A model generated the notes under the pieces. The model was given only the letters and a program-made list of their open reading frames with translations. It ran no database searches and was not told the DNA's origin. Made by a program: the position numbers and the translations under genes. DNA of 64,000 nucleotides from Candidatus Woesearchaeota archaeon (lineage in GTDB: Archaea > Nanobdellota > Nanobdellia > SCGC-AAA011-G17 > GW2011-AR20): NCBI GenBank assembly GCA_964359725.1, contig CAYHTT010000001.1:14618-78617 (forward strand), in the 5' to 3' direction. The first letter of the stretch is position 1. Every line of letters begins with the position of its first letter. Shown here in pieces: positions 1 through 9,620 of the stretch.

Positions 1-664
1 GATTAACCTCAACTAAATCATATTTTCTAATATTCTTAAGTAATTTAATTCTTTGTAATAAATAAATTAATTCTCTTGTACTAAGTCCTGCGGGCTCAAT
101 ATAACCTGTGCCTGGTGCAAAAGCTGGGTCTAAAACATCTATGTCTATTGAAATATACAAATCAGAGAAATTTCTTGCTAGTTCCATTATAGTATCACAA
201 TGATTTTGTAAATTATTAAATAATTGTCTTGTAGTAAAATATTTTATTTTATAATCTTTTATAAAACCAACTTCTTTAACATCGGGGTTCCTTATACCGA
301 TTAAAATTACGTTTTCTGGTTTAATTAATTTTTCTTCAATTAAAAAATATAACCAATCTTCATGCATTGGTGTATTAAAATGTTGATATAAATCTGGATG
401 TGCATCAAATATAATTATCCCTGGATTACTTTTATTAGATAAAAACTTTTTAAAAATATAATAACTTATACTATGATCTCCGCCAATAAAAATGTCTCCA
501 TCTTTTAATTCCTCTAAATTTGAATCAATAATTTCATATTTACTATCTTGAAAGTTTTCATTACTCCAAATATCATTTAGTTGTTTAATTATTTCATCAG
601 GTGCTTTTTCACAACCTTTATTTACGTCTGTTCCTTGTGAGTATGGTATTTTAACTAATTTCAT
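1..664 (-). CDS. Arginase/agmatinase (ureohydrolase) family protein, 3' end runs off the window
   Basis: Not in the ORF track. Manual translation from ATG 664 gives MKLVKIPYSQG...GGDHSI...IFDAHPD...SIDIDVLDPAFAPGTG, the ureohydrolase Mn-binding motifs. Confidence 0.9.
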   Translation of the reverse strand, partial: MKLVKIPYSQGTDVNKGCEKAPDEIIKQLNDIWSNENFQDSKYEIIDSNLEELKDGDIFIGGDHSISYYIFKKFLSNKSNPGIIIFDAHPDLYQHFNTPMHEDWLYFLIEEKLIKPENVILIGIRNPDVKEVGFIKDYKIKYFTTRQLFNNLQNHCDTIMELARNFSDLYISIDIDVLDPAFAPGTGYIEPAGLSTRELIYLLQRIKLLKNIRKYDLVEVN

Positions 665-694
665 AATTTAACAAGAATAAGTAATTTTATAAAT

Positions 695-1654
695 TTATTT
701 TTTGAATTTTTTCCTTATCGGTGTTAATATCTTAATTAAATATTCTGCACAAGAATTTTTTAAATCTTGCGGGTGTAATTTTTTATTAATAAATATTTTT
801 TCCAATTCATCATAATTATTAAAATCTGAATTACCACCAAATTTACTTGGTCTCTCTACAATAACCTTACTATTTCTCGGAAACACAATTAATTTCATTA
901 TTTGTAAAATTGGGTTATTTTCTGCAATACCCTCAGGGCAATAAGCATTATTAATTTTTTTATTTATACTTTCATTATTATCATTAATTGAAATCATGCT
1001 TTCTGGTTCTGAAGAACTCATCTTTCCAGGACCTTTTAAACTAGAAATTAAAGGTGTGTGTACAAAAACAGGAACTTTATAATTTATTAATGAAAGTAAC
1101 TCGATTCCCAAAGCGTGAATCTTACGTTGTTCTATACCTGCGTGTACTAAATCAATTTTTAAATGTTTTATATCTGCTATTTGCATTAAAGGATATATTA
1201 CTTGTGAAACTTTAGCATTTTCAAAGTCACGAGCTATTTCCTGCATACTTCTTAATGCTCTATTCATTGTTGTGTTTAATGCGAGAGTTAAAACATCGTC
1301 TATGTAATTAAGATTTCTTTGGAATTTACTTCCTAAAATAAATTCAGCTTTTAATCCAGCTGCTCTAAATCCATTTTCCCAAATTTTACATTGTTTATGT
1401 ATAAAATTCCAATCCCCTTTTCTGTTAAGCCAGGTATGCCAATCAGCTAATAATACTTTAACATGAAATCCTGCTCTCTGTAGGTCCATTAATTTTGTTA
1501 TTGTAACTAAATGGCCGAGGTGTAAGTCGCCGCTCGTTTCGTAGCCACAATAAGTTACTGGTTTTTTTAATTTAAGAATTTCTTTAATTCTATTTTCACC
1601 GATTATTTCAGCAGAATTTCTTTTTATTAATTCAAGCTTTTTATTTAAATCCAT
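695..1654 (-). CDS. tyrS: Tyrosine--tRNA ligase, archaeal type
   Basis: YCGYETSG-LHLGH (HIGH), YPLMQIAD, GIEQRKIH, KMSSS and C-terminal LHPQDLK motifs. Confidence 0.96.
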   Translation of the reverse strand: MDLNKKLELIKRNSAEIIGENRIKEILKLKKPVTYCGYETSGDLHLGHLVTITKLMDLQRAGFHVKVLLADWHTWLNRKGDWNFIHKQCKIWENGFRAAGLKAEFILGSKFQRNLNYIDDVLTLALNTTMNRALRSMQEIARDFENAKVSQVIYPLMQIADIKHLKIDLVHAGIEQRKIHALGIELLSLINYKVPVFVHTPLISSLKGPGKMSSSEPESMISINDNNESINKKINNAYCPEGIAENNPILQIMKLIVFPRNSKVIVERPSKFGGNSDFNNYDELEKIFINKKLHPQDLKNSCAEYLIKILTPIRKKFKK

Positions 1655-1696
1655 TAATCTAAAAAGTTATTTAAATAATATAAAGTTAACTATTTT

Positions 1697-2044
1697 ATGG
1701 ATGAAAAACAATTACTTAAAATTGCTTTATTTACTTCTTTAATCGGATTAATAATATTATTAATTATAGAACAAAAAATTGATTTAACTAATTCAAATAT
1801 TTCAAATATTACTCGTGATGATATAGATGACAAAGTAAAGATTAAAGGTGAAATTACAAGAATTACAGAAACACCAGGACTTTATATTATAGATGTTAAA
1901 GATTTTACAGGAGAAATCAAAGTTATTGTATTTAAAGATCAACCACTAGAATTAAAAAACGGTGATATTATTGAAGTAGAAGGAACTGTAGCGTTGTATA
2001 AAGATTTTGTTGAAATTATTGCTAAAAGAATTATTGTTTTATAA
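1697..2044 (+). CDS. Membrane-anchored OB-fold nucleic-acid-binding protein
   Basis: N-terminal TM helix, then VKIKGEI...DFTGEIKV...GDIIEVEGTV OB-fold pattern. Confidence 0.75.
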   Translation: MDEKQLLKIALFTSLIGLIILLIIEQKIDLTNSNISNITRDDIDDKVKIKGEITRITETPGLYIIDVKDFTGEIKVIVFKDQPLELKNGDIIEVEGTVALYKDFVEIIAKRIIVL

Positions 2045-2103
2045 AAAAGTATCACCTCTTTTTTAGCATATCACCTAATCTTATGAACATAAAGATATTT
2101 ATA

Positions 2104-2676
2104 TTACTTTCGATAACCAAAACTTTTCCTTGTCATTTGATTCAAATGTTCGACTAAATCTTTTTCTGGTTTGTGTAAAGCTCGTTCATAAGCCCAGCGA
2201 AGAGCTCTACATGCAGCGTCATAGCCTGCTTGCGATATTTCATGATCTGCAGTAAACACAAAATGATCAGACATAGCAGAGGCAAATCCAAAATTAATCT
2301 CGTTTTGACCTTTCAATGGTTTATCTAATTCTACCCTCATGTAGCGGTTTGTTGCTTCAACAATTTTGCCTTCAAGAGGTATTCTATCTTCGTATTTAGT
2401 TCGTATTGGTATATGATTCTTTCTTATATTCTCTTCTATAGATTCGTATCTTCTCCATTTCTCTTTAGCTTCTTCAATCTTGTGTGAAGCATAATTCAAT
2501 ATAGCTTCTTCTCCTTGTTTAACTACCCCCCCTGGTATAGTTTCACTTACTCGATAAAAACTTTCATGATAAAGAGTTTTATCTTTGAGATCTGTGTAAA
2601 TAAATTTCACATTTCCAGAATCTAAAATAAACCTAAAGCCTTCTTTCATTAGTTCTTCTAATATTACTTTTGACAT
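2104..2676 (-). CDS. Hypothetical protein
   Basis: 190-aa ORF directly downstream of the 2678 ORF; no motif recognised. Confidence 0.6.
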   Translation of the reverse strand: MSKVILEELMKEGFRFILDSGNVKFIYTDLKDKTLYHESFYRVSETIPGGVVKQGEEAILNYASHKIEEAKEKWRRYESIEENIRKNHIPIRTKYEDRIPLEGKIVEATNRYMRVELDKPLKGQNEINFGFASAMSDHFVFTADHEISQAGYDAACRALRWAYERALHKPEKDLVEHLNQMTRKSFGYRK

Positions 2677-2677
2677 T

Positions 2678-3151
2678 TTAATCCTTAACTTTTATTCCTA
2701 GTAAATACCTTCCATCTAATTTTGGGTTATCTCTTCTTATATCTGAGATTAAACCTATGACTTCTTTGCCTTTTAATTCGTCAGTTAATTCTTTTTCAAG
2801 ACCCTTCCTTGATTTAGAAAATAAATTTGGATCCAAGTTATCTTCATTAAGTCTAAAATCTTTTAAAAATTTATATAAGCCAAATTCTTCTAAAAATTTA
2901 CTCCATTTCTCATATAAATCAAATTCAGGCCAACCTGATTCAGAATCGATTAATCTTAAATCTAAATTTAATGTAACAAATGAATTACAGGATACATTCC
3001 TATTTAATTTAAGATAAGCGGATTCTATTTTAAGTCTTGTTTTATGATACTCATCTTTACTTATCGGCTTAAGTGGTCCAAATCTTATATAGACTATTCC
3101 TTTTTCTCTTTCAATAAAATCCCAGGCAGAAATTAATTCTTGTTTTGTCAT
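2678..3151 (-). CDS. Hypothetical protein
   Basis: 157-aa ORF with GGGGT SD-like motif upstream on the minus strand; no motif recognised. Confidence 0.6.
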   Translation of the reverse strand: MTKQELISAWDFIEREKGIVYIRFGPLKPISKDEYHKTRLKIESAYLKLNRNVSCNSFVTLNLDLRLIDSESGWPEFDLYEKWSKFLEEFGLYKFLKDFRLNEDNLDPNLFSKSRKGLEKELTDELKGKEVIGLISDIRRDNPKLDGRYLLGIKVKD

Positions 3152-3209
3152 TTTATTTACCCCTTGTTATACTAAAATCCATCTACTATAAATAATTTTT
3201 TGACAATTT

Positions 3210-3233
3210 TATTCCTATAGGAATATTTATAAA
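3210..3233 (+). promoter_or_regulatory. 16-bp perfect palindrome (candidate operator) abutting a TATA box
   Basis: TATTCCTATAGGAATA (3210-3225) directly followed by TTTATAAA (3226-3233), upstream of the HTH-CBS regulator. Confidence 0.6.
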
Positions 3234-3254
3234 TACAAAAATTTACTTAAAATT

Positions 3255-3800
3255 ATGGTATTTGACATAACTCAGCTAAAGAAAATCCGTAAACAGCTAA
3301 ATTTAACACAGCATGAATTTGCTTTAAAAGCTGGAATAAGCCAAAGCATGGTTGCTAAAATAGAGGCTAATAAACTAGATCCAACTTATTCTAACGTAAA
3401 GAAAATAGAACAAGCTTTAGAATTATTAACTAAACATTATGAAAAAGAGGCTCAAGATATTATGATTAAAAATATTATTTCTGTAAGTAAAGATGAAAAA
3501 ATCTCTAGTATAATAAAATTAATGAATAAACATACAATATCACAATTGCCTGTATTGGATAATGATAAAGTAATAGGATTAATTTCAGAATCTTCAATTT
3601 TAAGTAAAAATTTAGAAGATATAAAAAACTTAACAGCCACGGATGTTATGGATGATATTCCTCCAATTATAGCTAAAAATACTAAAATAGAAGTTATAAA
3701 ACAGTTATTAAGATATTATCCTTTAGTATTAATTAAAGAAAAGGGTAAACTAATTGGATTAATAACTAAAGCAGATTTAATAAATAGTTTAGTTTCATAA
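3255..3800 (+). CDS. XRE-type HTH transcriptional regulator with CBS-domain pair
   Basis: LKKIRKQLNLTQ...AGISQSMVAKIE...DPTYS HTH; ISQLPV and GLITKADL CBS motifs. Confidence 0.92.
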   Translation: MVFDITQLKKIRKQLNLTQHEFALKAGISQSMVAKIEANKLDPTYSNVKKIEQALELLTKHYEKEAQDIMIKNIISVSKDEKISSIIKLMNKHTISQLPVLDNDKVIGLISESSILSKNLEDIKNLTATDVMDDIPPIIAKNTKIEVIKQLLRYYPLVLIKEKGKLIGLITKADLINSLVS

Positions 3801-3860
3801 TAACCAAAACTTTAATATAATTTTAGTAATTTAATTATTTAACAAATTGGAGGTGTTAAA

Positions 3861-4463
3861 ATGTATACCCTACCAAATTTAGGATACGAATATAATGCAT
3901 TAGAGCCATATATAGATGAACAAACTATGAGGATTCATCATACAAAACATCATCAAGCTTACATAGATAAATTAAATGCTGCTTTAGAAAAATACCCAGA
4001 ATTGCAAAATAAATCAGCAGAAGAATTAATTAAAGATTTAAATAAAATTCCTGAAGACATTAGAACCGCTGTAAGAAATCATGGTGGTGGGCATGTAAAT
4101 CATTCTTTCTTTTGGCCATTATTAAAAAAGAACGTTAAATTTTCAGGAGAAGTAACAAAAACTATAACTAAACAATTTGGAAATTTTGAAAAATTCAAAG
4201 AAGAATTTAGTAATGCTGCTAATTTAAGATTTGGTTCTGGTTGGGCGTGGCTAGTAATAAATAATGGAAAACTAGAAATAATGAGTACTGCAAATCAAGA
4301 TAATCCGATAAGCGAGGGAAAAACTCCGATTTTATGTATAGATGTCTGGGAACATGCATACTATCTGAAGTACCAAAATAGAAGAGCTGAATATATATCG
4401 GCATTTTTTAATGTTATTAATTGGATTCAAGTTGATAAAAATTACAAAGAAGCAATGAAGTAA
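3861..4463 (+). CDS. sod: Fe/Mn superoxide dismutase
   Basis: [31 protein letters not shown] motifs; GGAGGTG SD. Confidence 0.97.
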   Translation: MYTLPNLGYEYNALEPYIDEQTMRIHHTKHHQAYIDKLNAALEKYPELQNKSAEELIKDLNKIPEDIRTAVRNHGGGHVNHSFFWPLLKKNVKFSGEVTKTITKQFGNFEKFKEEFSNAANLRFGSGWAWLVINNGKLEIMSTANQDNPISEGKTPILCIDVWEHAYYLKYQNRRAEYISAFFNVINWIQVDKNYKEAMK

Positions 4464-4464
4464 A

Positions 4465-5664
4465 TTGTTACTAGAAATATTAATAGCAATTTTAGTTGGA
4501 TGTTTTCTTGGAATTATAACAGGGCTTTTTCCAGGAATTCATATTAACTTAGTAGCTGTTATTATTTTATCTTTATCACCTTTCCTAGCACAATATGTTT
4601 CAATCTTAACTTTAGCTATAATAATTATTTCAATGTCAATAACTCATACGTTTTTAGATGCTATTCCAAGTATATTTCTTGGAGCACCTGATTCAGGATT
4701 AGAATTAAGTGTTTTACCAGGACATAGGCTATTACTTCAAGGCAGAGGTTATGAAGCTGTTTTCTTAACTGCTATAGGAAGTTTATTTGCTGTAATAATA
4801 ATGGTTGCTTTTGCACCATTTGGATTACCATTTATAAGTAAAATTTATCCTTTAATTCAAGATTTTATTCCTTATATTTTAATTTTCTTTTCAATTTTAC
4901 TAATTTATAAAGAAAGAAAATCTAGAATATTAGCTTTAATTGTTTATTTACTTGCGGGTGTCTTAGGGTTAATAACTTTAAATTTACCTTTATCTCAACC
5001 CCTATTTCCTTTACTTTCGGGATTATTTGGAACAAGCATATTAATAACAAGCATACTTACAAAAACAAAAATTCCGCGACAAAAAATTACAGAATCAAAA
5101 TTAAAGGAAAAAGAAATTGGTAAAGCGCTAAGCTCTGGTTTTTTTGCAAGTTTTCTTGTTGGATTATTACCTGGATTAGGATCAAGTCAAGCAGCTATTC
5201 TTGCTACAACAGCTCAGAAAAAAATTTCTCCTGAAAAATTTTTAGTTATTGTTGGTAGTATAAATACATTTGTAATGATTGTAAGTTTTTTGGCCATTTA
5301 TTCAATAGATAAAGCGAGATCGGGTTCTGTTGTAGTAATATCAAAATTATTAGAAAATATTACGTTAAATCATCTAATTTTATTTTTAGCGGTTTCATTA
5401 ATCGTTGCTGGTCTAGCAACATTATTAACATTAAAATTTGCGAAAATCTTCTCTAATATAATGAGCAGGGTTAATTACATAAAATTATGTTTATTTGTTA
5501 TTTTTTTAGTTACAATATTAGTAACAATAATAACTGGTTGGAATGGGTTAGTTGTTTTAATAGTTGCCACATCAATTGGCTTAATACCAAATTTACTTGG
5601 CTTACAGAAAAATCATTTAATGGGTTGTTTACTTTTACCAGTTATATTATTTTTTTTATTATAA
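4465..5664 (+). CDS. Tripartite tricarboxylate transporter TctA-family permease (archaeal type)
   Basis: Polytopic membrane protein with GLFPGIH, IPSIFLGAPD, VLPGHRLLLQGRG and LPGLG motifs. Confidence 0.85.
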   Translation: MLLEILIAILVGCFLGIITGLFPGIHINLVAVIILSLSPFLAQYVSILTLAIIIISMSITHTFLDAIPSIFLGAPDSGLELSVLPGHRLLLQGRGYEAVFLTAIGSLFAVIIMVAFAPFGLPFISKIYPLIQDFIPYILIFFSILLIYKERKSRILALIVYLLAGVLGLITLNLPLSQPLFPLLSGLFGTSILITSILTKTKIPRQKITESKLKEKEIGKALSSGFFASFLVGLLPGLGSSQAAILATTAQKKISPEKFLVIVGSINTFVMIVSFLAIYSIDKARSGSVVVISKLLENITLNHLILFLAVSLIVAGLATLLTLKFAKIFSNIMSRVNYIKLCLFVIFLVTILVTIITGWNGLVVLIVATSIGLIPNLLGLQKNHLMGCLLLPVILFFLL

Positions 5665-6075
5665 CTAGCCTTTAGTCTTAATTCCAAAAATAGAACTCAT
5701 CTCCAAAACAATAAAAACCAATACTGCTACAATAATCGCTTCTACATAAAGACTTGCTCCAATAGCTAGACCAACAGCTGCTACAACCCATAATGTTGCT
5801 GCTGTTGTCAATCCAATAATTCTTTCTCTTGCTCCTATAATTGCGCCAGCTCCCAAAAAACCTATGCCCGTAATTATACCTGCTGCTATCCTACTTGGAT
5901 CAGCATTTTGAAAAAATTGCGTAGAAACAACCGTAATTAACATAGCACCTAAAGCTACTAAAATATGTGTTCTAAAACCTGCTGGTCTATGTCTTATTTC
6001 ACGTTCATAACCAATAACTCCACCAAGTATTACTACAAGAATAACTTTTAATAAGAATTCAAAGTCAAAGGCCAT
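5665..6075 (-). CDS. MgtC/SapB family membrane protein
   Basis: IGYERE...PAGFRTH, DPSRIAAGIITGIGFLGAGAI and GLTTAA motifs. Confidence 0.93.
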   Translation of the reverse strand: MAFDFEFLLKVILVVILGGVIGYEREIRHRPAGFRTHILVALGAMLITVVSTQFFQNADPSRIAAGIITGIGFLGAGAIIGARERIIGLTTAATLWVVAAVGLAIGASLYVEAIIVAVLVFIVLEMSSIFGIKTKG

Positions 6076-6113
6076 AATTGTATTAATAAAAATTAGTTAA
6101 TAAACTTTTTTAT

Positions 6114-9100
6114 TTAAAACCATTTCCCTAAACCTTCTTGTTTCTCGTCATCTTTACCAAACATACTTTCTATCCTTTGTTTTGTTAATTCTAAACTTTG
6201 CCTTAAATAAGGTGGTAAATCAAATTTCTCTGCTAAATCTAATGTTGGTTGTAAATATTTAACAATAAAACCTTCTGCAACTGTAAATATTATCCTTCCT
6301 TTACATTTTAAGCATTCTCCGACTAATGGTGGTCTTCTGTATTTTTCGTTGCAATTAACACATCTAAATTGTTGTGTACTAAACTTTCTTAAATTTCCCC
6401 TTATATCTCGTATGAAATGTCTTTCAATTACTAATTTTGCTACATCTACTTCGTCCACTGCACGAATTTTTTCTGCTAACTCTATTTGTCCGAGAACTTT
6501 TTCTTGCATGCTTGGAATTAATTTATATGCAGAGCATCTTACTCCTGAATTAAAATCGCTTACATCATGAGTAAATTTAAAATCATAATATTGTTTTTCT
6601 GTCCCTAATCTATCTTTTAATTGTTCTATTTTAATTTCATTGGGCCATTTATATTGTAAAGCTGCTTCATAAAGCTCTAAAGGATACTTATCAACTAAAT
6701 CTAAATCAAAAACCATATCATCTACCTCACTTGGTATTAATACAGAAGTTAGAACTAAAGGTGCATCTTGTGTCGCTCCACGATGACTTGGTAAATACTT
6801 TCTAGAAAAATTAATTAATGCGTCTAGCAAGAGCATTATGCAATTTTCATCACCTTCGCAATCCCGACGCTGTGCAGCATGCCACATTGGATGAGCAAAG
6901 CATCCTTGTGTTTTACTAAATCCAATTATCCTGCCAACTATTGCTGCGGAAGTGTGTGGCGCTAAACCAATAACTAAATGCCCTATTAAATCTTCTTTTG
7001 TTTTTGCATTGTAATATGACCCGAGATTATAGAAATTTTGTAATAAATCGTCAATAAAATTAGTCATCCTTAATAAAACAATATCTGCTCCCTCATCTGG
7101 CGATTCTTTGCAAGCTGGCAAAATTACATCACTTGGCATAATTTCAACTAACTGATCTTCATCTAATAAAGGGTTGCCATAAATATCTTGATTATAACCG
7201 AGTTCTCTTAATCTAGTTAATGAAGTGCTGATTTCTTTTGGTTTAAATGCTGTAATCGGCATCTCTGTCATATCAAAACGAATCGTGCCATCTTTATTAA
7301 CATACAAATTATGTAATGCTCTTAAAATTCCTTTAGCTAAATTTTCTGGTGTATGATCTTCATTACTTGTGCCACGAACGCCTTTTATTAAATCTGGTGC
7401 TTGCTTCAATTTTAATTTTTTTAATGCATTTTCAAAGAAATGATTTATTGATAAACTTTTTAATCCATATGGTTTTAATTCGCCATGTTTTTTACAAATA
7501 TTTGTATCATACATTAAATCACAATTTATACAATAAAATTTATTTTTTGTTTTCTTATCACAAACTTCACATATTTTGTAAATAGTGTCAATATTGCAAT
7601 TCCCACAATAATAAATAGGAAATTCTGCTATAACTTTACCATGTTCTAATGCTGATTGGAAACTTCTTAATTTACCACCTTCATCTCCAACTGGAAATAA
7701 AACATGAGGACTTCCAGTTAATTTTCTTATCTTAGCTTTTTCAGGACGTCCCATTCTCGCTCCTATGAAAGTTCCAGACTTATCTCTAATAATTGCTTTA
7801 CATGTTGCGTTTAATATCTCAAGAACATTTTCTTTATCTAATTTTAAATCAAAATCATTCAATGTAAATAATAATGCTCTAGCATCATCTTCTTTTATAA
7901 TTACTTCATTGTTTTTAACATAATGTGGCAAGCCAATTAACTCTAGTACACGCTTAGTATCTACATCTTTCAAATCTAAATTAATTTCATAAACTAATGG
8001 TAATATTATTTCATTACCTTTAACTTTGCCTTTTTCCAACCAATTTAATAAACTCAAGAATTGATGTTTATTAATATCATTCCAATGATAGGTATAACGC
8101 GAATGTAACGGAACTTTATATAGTAAAGAAATTTCTTTTGCAATATCAAAATTAATTTTTGTAATTGGATTTTTAAATAAATTAATCAAAAAATCCTCTT
8201 CTATACCTAAATCTACTGCAATCTTACTTAAATCGAGTTTTCCATACTTATTAATAATAGCTTTTTCAAATTCTCTTAACCACCATTCCTCACAATATCC
8301 TGCAGGTACTAAAAAATGAGCCCTATTATAGAATTCACCATAATTAATTAAAATATCTCCTAAAAATAAAATTTCCTCTACTTCATCTTTTACTTGTTTG
8401 GCTTGTTCTTCTGTTTCTACAAAAATTACACTTTGATCTTTTAATTTGATAATAGGACCTTCAATAGTATCGCAAAGTGCAATTGCAGTAGATTTTCCAG
8501 GACGCTCATACCTTAATTGAGTTCCTGTTGCAATATAATTTTTTAATAAATGCATTGTTGCAGGATGTATGCTTAAGCTGCTTAATCCAGAAACTCTGCT
8601 TCTACCATATCTTAGTCTAAATCCGCCTACACGTAAAGGGTGTGTCAAAACAGGTCTTCCCGCAACTAAATCTTTGATATAAGTAAAATCTGGTTTTAAT
8701 TTCTGTTCTGTTTTAGTTTCCTCTTTAATTTCACGCGCTTTAATCTTTTTTTGTAATTTTAAAAAATCTCCCAAAAAAGTCCAATCTTCTAACTCATATT
8801 CCTTGTAAAATTTATTTATTCTTCCAAAAAATTTAGGTGCTTTTTGGCAAAGAGCTTCTCCCATGACTAAACAAAAACCATTTCTTAATCTATTAGTTTC
8901 TATTCTTGGAATATCTTTATAATTTGAAACGTCCCATTTCTCACTTGGATCACCATCAATCTGTAATGGTAAATTTCTCATCATAAATTCTATTTCTTCT
9001 TCACTCGGTAAATATTGTAAATTGGTAACTTTTTCATGATAATCATATAATTCAACAATTGCTCTTCTAACTTCGTCTTCTGTAGGATCGTATTTATAAT

Positions 9101-9620
9101 AACCAAATTTTTTTCTTATATAATCTGCTACTAAAATACTCCCGCATGTTATAGTTGTTCCCGCACTTCTTATTGGACCAGAGAACATTAAGCAGAAATA
9201 TTCTTTACCATCTTTTCTTTTTTTAATTTTTAATTCTGTAAATCCCTCTAATGGGCTAGAAACAACACCATTACTCAAGTAAGCTAATCCTACCCTTATT
9301 CCAACTTCCATTGCTTCTTTTGTATTAGTAAATTTACAAAATTTTTCTTGTGCAACCTCTAAGCTAACTATTAATGCTACTCTCCAATCTAATTTTCCAT
9401 ATTTTAACTCAAGTTCTTCTATCCTAGCTACAATACCAGAATTTTTAATTTGAGGAGCAACCACGCTTATTAATCCCTCTACTCTTTCAGCCATATTTTT
9501 TGTTAATAAAATTTCTACATGATCAATGGGGTCGTAACCTAATCTTTTAGCTTGATCGGCTATCTTATATGCCTCTTCAATTTTTTCGTTCAATTCTGAA
9601 TAATATTCATTAATTTTCAT
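6114..9620 (-). CDS. polC: DNA polymerase II (PolD) large subunit DP2
   Basis: GPIRSAG, GFRLRYGR, GARMGRPEK, catalytic RRDCEGDE, C-terminal Zn finger and PIP-like QEGLGKWF; no intein. Confidence 0.98.
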   Translation of the reverse strand: MKINEYYSELNEKIEEAYKIADQAKRLGYDPIDHVEILLTKNMAERVEGLISVVAPQIKNSGIVARIEELELKYGKLDWRVALIVSLEVAQEKFCKFTNTKEAMEVGIRVGLAYLSNGVVSSPLEGFTELKIKKRKDGKEYFCLMFSGPIRSAGTTITCGSILVADYIRKKFGYYKYDPTEDEVRRAIVELYDYHEKVTNLQYLPSEEEIEFMMRNLPLQIDGDPSEKWDVSNYKDIPRIETNRLRNGFCLVMGEALCQKAPKFFGRINKFYKEYELEDWTFLGDFLKLQKKIKAREIKEETKTEQKLKPDFTYIKDLVAGRPVLTHPLRVGGFRLRYGRSRVSGLSSLSIHPATMHLLKNYIATGTQLRYERPGKSTAIALCDTIEGPIIKLKDQSVIFVETEEQAKQVKDEVEEILFLGDILINYGEFYNRAHFLVPAGYCEEWWLREFEKAIINKYGKLDLSKIAVDLGIEEDFLINLFKNPITKINFDIAKEISLLYKVPLHSRYTYHWNDINKHQFLSLLNWLEKGKVKGNEIILPLVYEINLDLKDVDTKRVLELIGLPHYVKNNEVIIKEDDARALLFTLNDFDLKLDKENVLEILNATCKAIIRDKSGTFIGARMGRPEKAKIRKLTGSPHVLFPVGDEGGKLRSFQSALEHGKVIAEFPIYYCGNCNIDTIYKICEVCDKKTKNKFYCINCDLMYDTNICKKHGELKPYGLKSLSINHFFENALKKLKLKQAPDLIKGVRGTSNEDHTPENLAKGILRALHNLYVNKDGTIRFDMTEMPITAFKPKEISTSLTRLRELGYNQDIYGNPLLDEDQLVEIMPSDVILPACKESPDEGADIVLLRMTNFIDDLLQNFYNLGSYYNAKTKEDLIGHLVIGLAPHTSAAIVGRIIGFSKTQGCFAHPMWHAAQRRDCEGDENCIMLLLDALINFSRKYLPSHRGATQDAPLVLTSVLIPSEVDDMVFDLDLVDKYPLELYEAALQYKWPNEIKIEQLKDRLGTEKQYYDFKFTHDVSDFNSGVRCSAYKLIPSMQEKVLGQIELAEKIRAVDEVDVAKLVIERHFIRDIRGNLRKFSTQQFRCVNCNEKYRRPPLVGECLKCKGRIIFTVAEGFIVKYLQPTLDLAEKFDLPPYLRQSLELTKQRIESMFGKDDEKQEGLGKWF

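Noticed and set aside
2049..2076. Minus-strand SD-like AGGTGAT followed by the mini-ORF MLKKR*
   Set aside because: Only five codons, and the SD directly abuts the ATG; no support for translation.
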